Origin: Cruoricaptor ignavus
GTDB taxonomy: Bacteria; Bacteroidota; Bacteroidia; Flavobacteriales; Weeksellaceae
Direction: 5' to 3'
Length of the DNA: 36,369 bases
Assembly: GCA_030538575.1 (NCBI GenBank)
Contig: JAUNTR010000002.1
Coordinates: forward strand, 1-36,369
Each line of letters opens with the position of its first letter. Position 1 is the first letter of the stretch. The notes under the pieces are model-generated. The model worked only from the letters and a program-made list of their open reading frames with translations, searched no databases and was not told the origin of the DNA. Below, one piece after another: positions 10,801 to 21,255 of the stretch. A program made the translations under genes and the position numbers.

Positions 10801-11000
10801 ATTAACAATATTTAATATTATATTTTAGCAAATATGTTAATTTTTCTTAACATAACCAAATTTTTTCTAAAATTTAATATAAGTAGAAAAAAAAACTGTT
10901 AATAATTTATTAATCAATAGAGGTTTTAATGCGAATTACAAATGACTTATATCATATTTAACAAATATTTAATAAAATATAGCTTTGTTTATTTAAAATA

Positions 11001-11034
11001 AAAAAGTCATCTTTTTTTTCAAAGATGACTTTTT
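11001..11034 (-). terminator. Rho-independent terminator of infB
   Basis: aaaaagtcatcttt (11001-11014) pairs with aaagatgacttttt (11021-11034) around a 6-nt loop. Lies 29 nt beyond the infB stop. Confidence 0.7.
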
Positions 11035-11062
11035 TTACCATTATATAGGCTTGAAAATTAGC

Positions 11063-13957
11063 TTATTTCAGCTTTTTCTTCACTGCAACTTCTTCATAAA
11101 CTTCCAAAATATCCCCAATTTCTATATCATTGTAGCCTTTTATGTTCAAACCACACTCATAACCTTTGGTTACTTCCTTCACATCGTCTTTAAAACGCTT
11201 CAAGCTTTCAAGCTCGCCATCGTGTTTTACGATGCCGTCTCTCAGCAATCTGATTTTGGAATTTCTGGTTACTTTTCCTGTAAGAACCATACATCCTGCA
11301 ATAGAACCAACTTTGGAAATTTTGAAAACTTCACGGATTTCTACATTACCAATTACTTGTTCTCTTATTTCAGGTGATAGCATTCCTTCCATCGCTTCCT
11401 TCACATCATCTATTGCCGCGTAGATTACGGAATATGTACGGATTTCGATTTCCTCTTTATCCGCCAAATCCTTAGCATTAGCCCCCGCTCTTACATTGAA
11501 GCCGATGACAATCGCATCCGAAGCAGTTGCCAATAGAATATCGGATTCTGTAATTTGCCCAACGCCTTTATGCAAGATATTCACTTGGATTTCTTCGGTG
11601 GACAATCTTTGCAATTGGTCGGAAAGTGCTTCTACCGAACCATCCACGTCTCCTTTCAAAATAATGTTGAGTTCCTTGAAGTCGCCCAACGCAATACGTC
11701 TTCCGATTTCGTCTAACGTTAAGTGTTTTTTGGTTCTTATAGATTGTTCTCTTTGCAATTGCTCTCTCTTATTAGCGATAGTTTTCGCTTCTTTTTCATC
11801 ATCATAAATTCGGAATTTGTCTCCCGCTGTCGGAGCACCGTCTAAACCTAAAATTGTTACAGGAATAGATGGTCCAGCTTTTTGCATTTGCCTTCCACGT
11901 TCGTCCAGCATTGCTTTTACCTTACCATGGTTTTTACCTGCAAGAACATAATCTCCTACATTTAGCGTTCCCGATTGTATCAACATTGTAGAAACATATC
12001 CTCTACCTTTATCCAAAGAGGCTTCTATAACCACACCTTGTGCATTTTTGTTTGGATTGGCTTTCAGTTCTAATAATTCTGCTTGAAGCAACACTTTCTC
12101 CAAAAGCAATTCTACATTATTACCAAACTTCGCAGAGATTTCTTGGGACTGTACATTTCCGCCCCACTCTTCAACCAAAATATTCATTGCAGAAAGTTGC
12201 TCACGAATTTTGTCTGGATTGGCATTTGGTTTATCTACTTTATTTAATGCAATAATCATTGGTACACCAGCTGCCTGAGCATGAGAAATAGCTTCTTTGG
12301 TTTGAGGCATTACATCGTCGTCTGCTGCGATTACGATGATTACAATATCGGTGATTTGTGCACCTCTCGCTCTCATTGCGGTAAACGCTTCGTGACCTGG
12401 AGTATCGAGGAAAGTAATGCGTTGTCCGTTTTCCAACTTCACATTATACGCCCCGATGTGTTGGGTAATTCCTCCCGATTCACCAGCGATTACATTGGTT
12501 TTTCTAATATAATCGAGTAACGATGTTTTACCGTGATCCACGTGTCCCATTACAGTAACAATAGGTGCTCTCGGTAATAAATCTTCTGCGGAATCTTCCA
12601 CTTCATCTTCCACGGTTTCCTCCAAATCGGCATCGGAGAATTCTATATTATATCCGAATTCATCTGCTACCAATTGTAGAATATCGGCTTCCAGCCTTTG
12701 GTTCATAGTTACCATTACACCAAGTGAGAAGCAAGTAGAAATAACTTCCGTAGCGTTTACATCCATCAAAGCTGCCAATTCGCCAACAGTAATGTATTCT
12801 GTAACTTTCAGCGTTCTGTCTTGTGCATCCAACTCCTGTTGAAGCTCATCTCTTTCTCTACGGAATGTTCTTTTTTCTTTTCTATATTTAGAACCTTTGG
12901 ATTTCCCACCTTTGTTGGTTAGTTTTTCCAAAGTTTCTTTTATTTGATTTTTAACCTGCTCATCGGTAAGTTCTACAGGCATTACACGCTCGTTTCTTCT
13001 ACCTCCGCCTCTTTTATTAGCTCCGCCACGGTTTTGGTTATTCCCACCACCTTGTCTGTTTCCACCAGTTTGGTTCGGGCGATTATTTCCTCCACCTTGG
13101 TTTTGGGAGTTACTATTCGCACCTTGTTGATTTCCGCCTTGTGGTGCAGGTTTTTCTATTCTTTTTCTTTTCTTCTTCTTGTTCGCCCCTTCTTTTGGTT
13201 TAGACTGAAACTGTGTTAAGTCTATTTTTTCCTTTAAAATCTTTGGCCCATCTAATTTTTGATATTGGGTTTGGATTTTCTCAGGTTCTTGGAAAGTATG
13301 ACTTTCAATAGTTTCTGGTTTTTGAATCTGCGGTTTCTGTGGTGTAGGTTTTTCCACTTTTTTCTCAACAGGTTTTTCCTGTTTAGGTGCAGGTTTTGGT
13401 TTTTCCTGAAACTGCGGTTTTGGTTTTTCTGCTACAGGTTTTTTATCTCTGTGCTGTGGTTTTGGCTTGGAAGAAGATTCTATTTTAGACAAATCTATTT
13501 TACCTAAAACATTCAGTTCGGTTTTTGGTTCAGATTTTTGTTCTGTTTGTGGTTCTTCTTTTTTCTCTGCCACAGGTTCAGTTTTTGGCAGTTCCGGTTC
13601 TTTGGTGTGTTCCGTTGCAGGTTTTTCTGCGGGAACATCCTTAGTAGGATTCAAATCTATTTTTCCTAAGATTTTGGTTTCCGGTTTTATGGTTGCTTTT
13701 GCACGGATGATTTCTGGTTCTTTCACCTCCATTTCCAGTTTCTCTTCTGGAACTTTAGAAATCACCACTTCATGCGATGCTTTGCGCTGCTCTCCATCTT
13801 TTTTGAACTCAGCTTTCAAAATATCGTATGCCGCTTCTTCTAATTGGGCATTGGGATTAGCTTCTACCTCTATGCCTTTACCTTGTAGAAATTCCACAAG
13901 TCTGGTCATTGAGATATTAAATTCCTTTACCGCTTTATTTAATCTAATTTTTGGCAT
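11063..13957 (-). CDS. infB: Translation initiation factor IF-2
   Basis: 964-aa ORF with GTPase motifs ([24 protein letters not shown]). The N-terminal region is long, K/E/P-rich and G/N/Q-rich. Confidence 0.97.
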   Translation of the reverse strand: MPKIRLNKAVKEFNISMTRLVEFLQGKGIEVEANPNAQLEEAAYDILKAEFKKDGEQRKASHEVVISKVPEEKLEMEVKEPEIIRAKATIKPETKILGKIDLNPTKDVPAEKPATEHTKEPELPKTEPVAEKKEEPQTEQKSEPKTELNVLGKIDLSKIESSSKPKPQHRDKKPVAEKPKPQFQEKPKPAPKQEKPVEKKVEKPTPQKPQIQKPETIESHTFQEPEKIQTQYQKLDGPKILKEKIDLTQFQSKPKEGANKKKKRKRIEKPAPQGGNQQGANSNSQNQGGGNNRPNQTGGNRQGGGNNQNRGGANKRGGGRRNERVMPVELTDEQVKNQIKETLEKLTNKGGKSKGSKYRKEKRTFRRERDELQQELDAQDRTLKVTEYITVGELAALMDVNATEVISTCFSLGVMVTMNQRLEADILQLVADEFGYNIEFSDADLEETVEDEVEDSAEDLLPRAPIVTVMGHVDHGKTSLLDYIRKTNVIAGESGGITQHIGAYNVKLENGQRITFLDTPGHEAFTAMRARGAQITDIVIIVIAADDDVMPQTKEAISHAQAAGVPMIIALNKVDKPNANPDKIREQLSAMNILVEEWGGNVQSQEISAKFGNNVELLLEKVLLQAELLELKANPNKNAQGVVIEASLDKGRGYVSTMLIQSGTLNVGDYVLAGKNHGKVKAMLDERGRQMQKAGPSIPVTILGLDGAPTAGDKFRIYDDEKEAKTIANKREQLQREQSIRTKKHLTLDEIGRRIALGDFKELNIILKGDVDGSVEALSDQLQRLSTEEIQVNILHKGVGQITESDILLATASDAIVIGFNVRAGANAKDLADKEEIEIRTYSVIYAAIDDVKEAMEGMLSPEIREQVIGNVEIREVFKISKVGSIAGCMVLTGKVTRNSKIRLLRDGIVKHDGELESLKRFKDDVKEVTKGYECGLNIKGYNDIEIGDILEVYEEVAVKKKLK

Positions 13958-14040
13958 GTAACCTATTTACTTTTTATAAAAAATTAAGTTTTTTTTGTAT
14001 TCTAATCCTATTTTAATTTAATGCTAAGAAAATGGTGCAA

Positions 14041-15276
14041 TTATGCTTCCAATTCTTCTTTTAGGATTTGTTTTACTTCTTCTATTTGTTCTTCTTCTAA
14101 ATCTACAAGATTTACAAGTGCTTCGGTATCTTTATCGAGAACGCTTCTTGCGGTTTCCAGTCCTACTTTCTTAAATTCATCAATAATCCAAGATTCCACC
14201 TCGTCCTTAAATTCATCTAACGTTACATCGTCATCTTCGCTGGTTTCTCTGTGCACATCTATCTCGTAGCCTGTAAGCCAAGACGCCAAACGGATGTTCT
14301 GCCCTTGTTTTCCTATAATTCTCGAAATCTCATCTATCGGTGCGAAAACCACAGCATATTCTTCGTCTTCAGTAATTTCTACTTTATTTATAGTAACGTT
14401 ACCCAAGGCTCTTTTCACTAAGATTTCAGGATTTTTCGACCATTGTATTACGTCTATATTTTCGTTTCTCAACTCTCTTACCACACCGTGAATTCTGGAG
14501 CCCTTTACACCAACGCAAGCTCCCACAGGGTCTATTCTGTCATCGAAAGCATCTACGGCAATTTTGGCTTTCTCACCAGGAATTCTCACTACTTTTTTCA
14601 AAATAATGGTTCCGTCTTGGATTTCTGGAATTTCCAACTCCAATAATTTTTCCAAAAACTTAGGTGCTGTTCTGGAAACTGTAATTTGTGGTTTAGAACC
14701 TTTGAAATCTACACTTTCTATAATCGCCCTGATGTTTTCTCCTTTTTTAAAGAAATCAGAAGGAATTTGTTTGTCTTTCGGTAAGATAAACTCGTTATCC
14801 TCATCGTCCAAAAGAATAGCGTGCTGTCTTCTGATATGGTGCACCTCTCCTACCACAATCTCGCCAATCCTATCACGGAATTGGTCGTACAACAAGGCGT
14901 TATTATGCTCTTGCAATTTGGTTGCAAGAATTTGTTTCAGGGTCAAGATATTTCTTCTTCCAAGTTGAGCCACAGGAATTTCCATTACGAAATCTTCCCC
15001 TACCTCAAAAGTTGGGTCTATTTTTTTAGCCTCAGAAATTTCGATTTCCAAATCATCATCTTCGGACATTTCGTCTTCCACGATTGTTTTATTTAGAAAA
15101 ATCTGAAAATCTCCTTTATCTGGGTTTACTACGACATCGAAATGGTCGTCGGAGTCGTATCTTTTTCTCAAAAGCGTTTTCAAGGACTCTTCTATAATCG
15201 CCATCAGGTCTATTTTACTGATGCTTTTTTCGTCTTTAAAATCACCAAATGCTTCAATTAAAGCTATATTATCCAT
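14041..15276 (-). CDS. nusA: Transcription termination/antitermination factor NusA
   Basis: 411-aa ORF with S1 and KH domain patterns (GACVGVKGSRIHGVVREL, IGKQGQNIRLAS). Conserved rimP-nusA-infB order. Confidence 0.95.
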   Translation of the reverse strand: MDNIALIEAFGDFKDEKSISKIDLMAIIEESLKTLLRKRYDSDDHFDVVVNPDKGDFQIFLNKTIVEDEMSEDDDLEIEISEAKKIDPTFEVGEDFVMEIPVAQLGRRNILTLKQILATKLQEHNNALLYDQFRDRIGEIVVGEVHHIRRQHAILLDDEDNEFILPKDKQIPSDFFKKGENIRAIIESVDFKGSKPQITVSRTAPKFLEKLLELEIPEIQDGTIILKKVVRIPGEKAKIAVDAFDDRIDPVGACVGVKGSRIHGVVRELRNENIDVIQWSKNPEILVKRALGNVTINKVEITEDEEYAVVFAPIDEISRIIGKQGQNIRLASWLTGYEIDVHRETSEDDDVTLDEFKDEVESWIIDEFKKVGLETARSVLDKDTEALVNLVDLEEEQIEEVKQILKEELEA

Positions 15277-15333
15277 TCTATTTTGTTTAAAGTTTAAGGT
15301 TTTAAAAGTTCAATATAATTATTGTCTTTTATT

Positions 15334-15801
15334 TTAAAATTTAATTACTACTGTTGCTTTTTTTATTTCGGAATAAAGGATTTCTCTTTCCTCCACCACA
15401 TCTACTTTTCCTTTCCCGATGTCTTTCGGTTTGCGATACCTTAATATTAGGGTAATTTTATTTTCATCTACATTTCCCAATTCTCCTTCTATTTCAATAT
15501 CGTCGTTCATTATTACTTTCACATCTCTGCCCAAATTTTTAGCATATTGTCTTGGCAAAGAAAGTGGCTCGCTAAGTCCTGCGGACATTACTTGCAGGCT
15601 AAAATCGTGTTCGTCCCTATCCATATTAAACTCAATGGCACGGCTGGCATCCAAGCAATCTTGCAGGGTTACACCGTTGTCCCCGTCTAATATTACGGTA
15701 ACATCATCGCTTGCAGAAATCTTTAAATCCAAAAGGAATAAATCCTCTCTCTCCGCAAGGAAATCATTTAATAATTGTTCTATTTTATTTTTAAAATCCA
15801 T
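15334..15801 (-). CDS. rimP: Ribosome maturation factor RimP
   Basis: 155-aa ORF directly upstream of nusA, with size and pattern typical of RimP. Confidence 0.85.
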   Translation of the reverse strand: MDFKNKIEQLLNDFLAEREDLFLLDLKISASDDVTVILDGDNGVTLQDCLDASRAIEFNMDRDEHDFSLQVMSAGLSEPLSLPRQYAKNLGRDVKVIMNDDIEIEGELGNVDENKITLILRYRKPKDIGKGKVDVVEEREILYSEIKKATVVIKF

Positions 15802-15881
15802 AGTCTAAAAAGGCTGAATTACCGATACGAAAAAAGGCTTTCTTCTCGAAGGCCTTCATCTATAATCCTGTAAATCTTTTG

Positions 15882-15889
15882 CAAAGATA
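15882..15889 (-). promoter_or_regulatory. Bacteroidota-type -7 promoter box (TATCTTTG on minus strand) for rimP-nusA-infB
   Basis: Plus-strand caaagata is TAnnTTTG on the minus strand, about 80 nt upstream of the rimP ATG, in the divergent intergenic region. Confidence 0.45.
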
Positions 15890-16025
15890 CAACTTTTTAT
15901 TGATATAGACAAAATTCTGTTATTCAATGTACGAAAAAATCAACTGAATAATTTTTATACCTCCTTCTACTTTAAAGGATTTATGTCTTGTAGAAAGATT
16001 TCGTTTGTCTTTCAAAATATTTTAG

Positions 16026-16033
16026 TAATTTTG
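16026..16033 (+). promoter_or_regulatory. Bacteroidota-type -7 promoter box (TAATTTTG) for ugd
   Basis: Exact TAnnTTTG 27 nt upstream of the ATG at 16060. Confidence 0.5.
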
Positions 16034-16059
16034 CAAAATTAACAGCAAAAAAACACATA

Positions 16060-17370
16060 ATGAATATTACCATCGTTGGAACTGGATATGTAGGCTTAGT
16101 TACAGGTACGACATTAGCAGAACTCGGGAATTCCGTTTACTGTGTAGATGTAGATGCGGAAAAAGTAGAGAAAATGAAAAACGGCATTGTCCCGATCTAC
16201 GAACCGCATTTGGAGGAGATGTTCCTAAGAAATATACAAGCCAATCGTCTTTTTTTTACTACTGAACTAAAAGAGGCTTTGGATAAAAGTGATGTCATTT
16301 ACCTCGCATTGCCAACTCCTCCAGGAGAAGACGGTAGTGCAGATTTGTCTTATGTTCTTGGTGTTGCTAACCAAATTGGCGAACTGATGACTGAGTATAA
16401 AGTCGTGGTAAACAAATCTACCGTTCCTGTAGGAACTGCGGATAAGGTAAGAGAAACTATTTCTGCAAAAACCGATATTCCTTTTGATGTAGTTTCTAAC
16501 CCTGAATTTTTGCGTGAAGGTTTTGCTGTGGAAGACTCTATGAACCCTGCAAGAGTGGTTGTAGGAGCGAGTTCGCAGAAAGCACAAGATATTATGGCGA
16601 AAGTATATCAGCCATTTACCAACACTGGTGTTCCGATTATTTTTATGGATGAAAAATCGTCTGAACTTACAAAATATGCGGCTAATTCTTTCTTAGCGGT
16701 AAAAATTACCTTTATGAATGAAATCGCCAACTATTGCGAAAAAGTAGGTGCAGATGTGGACAAAGTTCGTTTAGGAATGGGAAGCGATGATAGAATTGGA
16801 CACCGTTTCCTTTTCCCAGGAATTGGATATGGAGGAAGTTGTTTCCCAAAAGATGTAAAAGCCCTTATAAAATCCGGAAAACAAGAGGATTTTGATTTTA
16901 AAATTTTGGAAGCTACGGAAGATATTAACCAAAAGCAAAAAGTGATTTTAGTTGATGAAATCGAAAAGTATTTTGGTGGAAATTTAGCCGGAAAAACCAT
17001 TGCTCTTTGGGGATTGGCATTCAAGGCGAATACAGATGATATTCGTGAAGCATCGTCTTTGGACAACATTAAACTTCTTTTGGAAAAAGGTGCAAAAGTG
17101 GTTGCATACGATAGCATTGCCGAAGAAAATGTAAGAAAAACCATTGGCGATGTTATAGAATATGCTCCCGATATGTATTCGGCATTGGAAGGTGCTGATG
17201 CTCTTCTAATTGCTACAGAATGGCCAGAATTTAAAAATCCGAACTTCCAAATGATGGCGGAAAAACTAAACCATAAAGTAATTTTTGATGGTAGAAATAT
17301 GTTCCCACTGGAACTGCCTGAGCAAAACGGATTTTACTATAAGAGTATTGGAAGGAAGACCATAAAATAA
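16060..17370 (+). CDS. ugd: UDP-glucose 6-dehydrogenase
   Basis: 436-aa ORF with N-terminal Rossmann motif IVGTGYVGLVTG and catalytic-site GGSCFPKDV typical of UDP-glucose/GDP-mannose dehydrogenases. Confidence 0.9.
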   Translation: MNITIVGTGYVGLVTGTTLAELGNSVYCVDVDAEKVEKMKNGIVPIYEPHLEEMFLRNIQANRLFFTTELKEALDKSDVIYLALPTPPGEDGSADLSYVLGVANQIGELMTEYKVVVNKSTVPVGTADKVRETISAKTDIPFDVVSNPEFLREGFAVEDSMNPARVVVGASSQKAQDIMAKVYQPFTNTGVPIIFMDEKSSELTKYAANSFLAVKITFMNEIANYCEKVGADVDKVRLGMGSDDRIGHRFLFPGIGYGGSCFPKDVKALIKSGKQEDFDFKILEATEDINQKQKVILVDEIEKYFGGNLAGKTIALWGLAFKANTDDIREASSLDNIKLLLEKGAKVVAYDSIAEENVRKTIGDVIEYAPDMYSALEGADALLIATEWPEFKNPNFQMMAEKLNHKVIFDGRNMFPLELPEQNGFYYKSIGRKTIK

Positions 17371-17372
17371 GC

Positions 17373-17413
17373 AAAAAGTACAATGGTAAATAAAGGATAC
17401 CATTGTACTTTTT
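17373..17413 (+). terminator. Strong rho-independent terminator after ugd
   Basis: Perfect 16-bp stem aaaaagtacaatggta (17373-17388) / taccattgtacttttt (17398-17413) with a 9-nt loop and trailing T-run. Confidence 0.8.
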
Positions 17414-17437
17414 AGCAGAACATAAGGCTACTATAAA

Positions 17438-19228
17438 ATGGCAGAAACAAAAAACACAAAAATATCTACATTCGGTTTTTTCAAATACTTTCAAAACATT
17501 GTAGGAATACATATCTACGGCTATCTCATCATTAATTTCTTAGTTGGACTATTAGATGGTTTAGGATTGGCAATGTTTGTACCGTTACTTTCCTTAGCCA
17601 CAGGCAATGGTGAGGGAAGTGAGCCTTTAGGTAATCTTCAGTTTTTAGTTGATTTTATTGGCAAAATAGGTTTGGAATTAAATCTTACTACTGCCTTAAT
17701 TTTTATGGTTGGATTGTTTATTTTGAAGGGAATTTTCAGCTACTTGCGTACCATTTACTTTATCAAAATTCGACTGAAATCTATAAGAACCATACGCTAC
17801 CAAATGATTGAAGGTTTAAAAAACCTTTCTTACTCAGGCTTCACCAAAATGGAAGCTGGGAAAATCCAAAATAATATGATTGGAGAAGTAGGAAAAATGG
17901 TGAATGCTATGGTGCAGTATTTCAATACGATGCAGCATGTGATTATGGTAACTACTTATGTTGTTTTGGCATTTATGACCAACTGGAAATTTGCTATAAT
18001 GGTTGGCATCGGTGGTTTTATTACGAACTTCCTTTACAAATATGTAAACAAAGTTACAAAAGAATACGCCAGAAAACAATCTCTGGTAGGACACGATTTC
18101 AATGGAGATTTAATACAATCCATCAATCATTTTAAATATCTAAAAGCAACCAACTATTTTAAAGTTTTTGAAAGAAAACTAATGCTAAATATTTGGAAGG
18201 CAGAGGATTTCACTTTCCGTATGGGAAGAATAGGAAGTATTGCTGAAAGCCTTCGTGAGCCTATGATTATCATCATTATCGCTGTTGTGATTATTCTACA
18301 AGTGAATGTTATGGGTGGTGATTTTAGTTCTATTCTCGTGAGTTTGCTACTATTTTACAGGGCATTAGCACATTTAGCGACTATGCAAAACTCCTGGAAT
18401 GGTTTCTTAGCATCCTCCGCAGGACTCGAATCTGTTGAAACATTATTCGGAGAGTTCCGAGAAAATAAAGAACCTTATTTCAAAGAAAAAATACAAGACA
18501 TTAATGATATTAAACTAACCAATGTTGGTATAAAATATGGAAATGCTGAAATTTTAAAAGACATTAATCTTACAATTCCTAACAAAACATCGGTGGCTTT
18601 TGTAGGAGAAAGCGGTGCGGGAAAAACCACACTTGCTAATGTAATTTGTGGACTTATCGCTCCGCATAAAGGAACTGTTTTTACGAATGGACAAAACATC
18701 TACGAAGCCAATTTGGATAATTATAGAGACAAAGTAGGTTACATAACGCAAGAACCTGTGATTTTCAATGATACTATTTTTAATAATGTAACTTTTTGGG
18801 CAGAAAAAACACCTGAAAATTTAGAAAAATTCAGCAAAACGATAGAAATGGTGTCAATGAAAACTTTCATTGATGAACTGGAATTGAAAGAAGATACGCC
18901 TTTGGGACACAACGGAATTTTAGTTTCTGGTGGACAAAAACAAAGAATTTCTATTGCAAGAGAACTTTACAAAGATGTGGAATTGATGATTTTGGATGAG
19001 GCAACATCTGCCCTTGATTCCGAAACTGAAAAATACATCAAAGAAAATATTGATATGCTCCATGGGAAATTTTCTATGGTCATCATTGCTCACAGACTTT
19101 CTACCATAAAGAATGTAGATACGGTTTATCTTTTAGAAAAAGGAGAAATTACTGCAAGTGGAAGTTTCGATGAATTGGTGCAAAAATCCGAGAGATTTAG
19201 AAGAATGGTGGAGTTGCAAGAGGTTTAG
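17438..19228 (+). CDS. Fused TMD-NBD ABC half-transporter (MsbA/PglK-like), candidate lipid-linked glycan flippase/exporter
   Basis: 596-aa ORF with a hydrophobic N-terminal half. Walker A GESGAGKTT, signature VSGGQKQR, Walker B LMILDEATS and H-loop IIAHRLS are present. It is the first gene of the glycan gene block. Confidence 0.85.
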   Translation: MAETKNTKISTFGFFKYFQNIVGIHIYGYLIINFLVGLLDGLGLAMFVPLLSLATGNGEGSEPLGNLQFLVDFIGKIGLELNLTTALIFMVGLFILKGIFSYLRTIYFIKIRLKSIRTIRYQMIEGLKNLSYSGFTKMEAGKIQNNMIGEVGKMVNAMVQYFNTMQHVIMVTTYVVLAFMTNWKFAIMVGIGGFITNFLYKYVNKVTKEYARKQSLVGHDFNGDLIQSINHFKYLKATNYFKVFERKLMLNIWKAEDFTFRMGRIGSIAESLREPMIIIIIAVVIILQVNVMGGDFSSILVSLLLFYRALAHLATMQNSWNGFLASSAGLESVETLFGEFRENKEPYFKEKIQDINDIKLTNVGIKYGNAEILKDINLTIPNKTSVAFVGESGAGKTTLANVICGLIAPHKGTVFTNGQNIYEANLDNYRDKVGYITQEPVIFNDTIFNNVTFWAEKTPENLEKFSKTIEMVSMKTFIDELELKEDTPLGHNGILVSGGQKQRISIARELYKDVELMILDEATSALDSETEKYIKENIDMLHGKFSMVIIAHRLSTIKNVDTVYLLEKGEITASGSFDELVQKSERFRRMVELQEV

Positions 19229-19256
19229 AAAAGTGATTTAAAAAAAAATAACAAGA

Positions 19257-20381
19257 ATGAAATTAAACCTCTTAGAAGGCTTTAGAGGATATATGGCACT
19301 TTGGGTTGTCTTTTATCACGCTTCAGGATTTTTACCACAATTGGGGACCGGAAATCCTGTATATAGATTTTTATTTGACGGAATTTTACCTGTAGTTGGG
19401 TTCATTATTCTCAGCGGTTTTGTTACGCATATTCTTCTTGATAAAAAAGAAGATTTTAAAACCTATATCTACAGAAGAGCCCTGCGACTTTTTCCCATAT
19501 TCTTAGCAACATTCTTTGTTTCGCTACTTATGTTGGACTTTGCCTATTCGGTATTGGAGCAATTGCCTTTTGACAACAAAAAAATTGAAATGAGAAAAGA
19601 ACTGATTATGATGTATTATGAATCTAATCGGTTTCTAAACATTCTATCTCATCTTACACTTACGCACGGATTATTCCCTAATAACATTTTCCCATTTACT
19701 TATACCATTATGGGACAATCTTGGAGTTTAACTTTGGAGTGGCAATTCTATCTTTTTATTCCTATTGTATATAAATTATTATCAAAAGAAGAGAGAGATA
19801 AGGGCTGGAAAATAAACTTAATACTACTTATAAGTTTTTTGGTTATGGTTTTTTGGTCTTTTGGTAATATGCCCCAAAATTCTTTTTTACCTTTCCTTGT
19901 ACATTATTTCCTTGTAGGATTTTTCAGTTATTCGTTTTATAAACAATATAGAGATTATGGCGACAAAAAACTTTTTTATTTCCTTATTCTTGTCGCTATT
20001 GGCTATTTCTTTTTATACCGAGTGAATGTAAGTATTATCATCCTTTTATTTATGATGATTTTATATTTCCAGATCAACCAGAACCGCATAATCAATAAAA
20101 TTTTTGGTAGTAAAGTTCCGTTATTCTTAGGCAAAATATCATATTCTGTCTATTGTACACATATGATTGTTTTATATATTATAGGGGGGGGGATCAACTA
20201 TCTGAAAATCAGTGATTTAACTCATGGAAAGTATTTGTATATAGTTTTATTCTTAGCATCATCTATGATTTTCACTATAATATTATCACATTTCACTTAT
20301 AAATATATAGAGGAATATTTTATAAAAATTGGAAAAAATTTAAACCGTAGTCACAATAAATCACCATCTGCAAATGTTTAA
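19257..20381 (+). CDS. Acyltransferase family 3 (membrane O-acyltransferase); contains in-frame G9 tract
   Basis: 374-aa polytopic ORF starting MKLNLLEGFRGYMALWVVFYHA, the typical acyltransferase_3 N-terminus. Confidence 0.8.
   Translation: MKLNLLEGFRGYMALWVVFYHASGFLPQLGTGNPVYRFLFDGILPVVGFIILSGFVTHILLDKKEDFKTYIYRRALRLFPIFLATFFVSLLMLDFAYSVLEQLPFDNKKIEMRKELIMMYYESNRFLNILSHLTLTHGLFPNNIFPFTYTIMGQSWSLTLEWQFYLFIPIVYKLLSKEERDKGWKINLILLISFLVMVFWSFGNMPQNSFLPFLVHYFLVGFFSYSFYKQYRDYGDKKLFYFLILVAIGYFFLYRVNVSIIILLFMMILYFQINQNRIINKIFGSKVPLFLGKISYSVYCTHMIVLYIIGGGINYLKISDLTHGKYLYIVLFLASSMIFTIILSHFTYKYIEEYFIKIGKNLNRSHNKSPSANV
20184..20192 (+). repeat. Homopolymeric G9 tract inside the acyltransferase CDS (in frame, ON)
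   Basis: Read directly: ata ggggggggg atc encodes I-GGG-I at about residue 310 of 374. Confidence 0.95.
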
Positions 20382-21255
20382 ATCAAGATTAGAAAAAGTA
20401 TTATTTATAAAAAAACTAAAAAATTTGCCCAAAGAAATCTTTGGAGGCAAATACATTTTGGTAACATCTTCTATAGATCCATTTTTCAAAAATTGGGGAG
20501 ACGACATCAGCACCGTTATTGCACAACTCATTAACCCTTCTGTAAGAATAATACCATCCAAATACTCTTTTAATATTTTTAGAAAGAAAGAGTTTTTATC
20601 GGTAGGAAGCATCATCACTTGGCTTACAAAACCCAACACTATTATTTGGGGAAGCGGTGTACAATTTCCTGAAGACAACATTATATACAAGGGTAAAGAA
20701 ATAAAACCTCTGAAAGTATTGGCAGTAAGAGGTCCACTTACAAGAGACTACTTGCTAAAGAAAAACATTGATTGTCCGGAAATATATGGCGATCCAGCAT
20801 TGCTTTTTCCTAAATATTACAAGCCCAATGTAGAGAAAAAATACAAACTTGGGATTATTCCTCACTTTAAGGATAAAAATTCCAAAGTAGTAAAACAAAT
20901 CCTCGAAGACGAGAACATTCACTTTATTGACATTCAAAACGTTACCGACTGGAGAACTTTTATCAACGAGGTTGCAAGTTGCGAAGCAGTACTATCCAGT
21001 TCTCTTCACGGAATCATCGTTTGCGATTCTTACAATGTACCCAACGCTTGGGTAGAATTTGACAGAAAAAACCTAAAAAGGTTTACATTCAATGATTATT
21101 TCATGTCTGTAAATAAAGGTATGCAAGAACCCAAAAATTTACCAGAAACACCAACACTAGAGCAATTGATAAAACTAACGGAAGATTGGAAAGCCCCTGA
21201 AATAGATTTATCTCCGCTATTATCGGTTTGTCCTTTTATAAAAAACACAAAATAA
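20374..21255 (+). CDS. Polysaccharide pyruvyl transferase family protein
   Basis: 293-aa ORF with NWGDDISTVI, GSGV, VRGPLTRDYL and SSSLHGIIVCDSYNVPNAWV motifs typical of PS_pyruv_trans. The ATG overlaps the upstream stop (atgtttaa). Confidence 0.8.
   Translation: MFKSRLEKVLFIKKLKNLPKEIFGGKYILVTSSIDPFFKNWGDDISTVIAQLINPSVRIIPSKYSFNIFRKKEFLSVGSIITWLTKPNTIIWGSGVQFPEDNIIYKGKEIKPLKVLAVRGPLTRDYLLKKNIDCPEIYGDPALLFPKYYKPNVEKKYKLGIIPHFKDKNSKVVKQILEDENIHFIDIQNVTDWRTFINEVASCEAVLSSSLHGIIVCDSYNVPNAWVEFDRKNLKRFTFNDYFMSVNKGMQEPKNLPETPTLEQLIKLTEDWKAPEIDLSPLLSVCPFIKNTK

Noticed and set aside
10801-11062. 262-bp AT-rich intergenic region upstream of SusC, considered as a possible ncRNA or riboswitch
   Set aside because: Apart from the infB terminator hairpin I see no conserved-looking structure and no exact promoter box. 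It most likely holds an ordinary promoter/UTR.
13467-13961. 164-aa plus-strand ORF, and the neighbouring 79-103 aa ORFs, overlapping infB
   Set aside because: They lie entirely antisense to the well-supported IF-2 CDS. Their low-complexity S/F/L-rich translations mirror the K/E-rich IF-2 N-terminus, so they are shadow ORFs.
14564-14968. 134-aa plus-strand ORF inside nusA, and similar ORFs in rimP, ugd, the ABC gene and the SusC gene
   Set aside because: They are antisense or out-of-frame overlaps with strongly supported genes and have no motifs.
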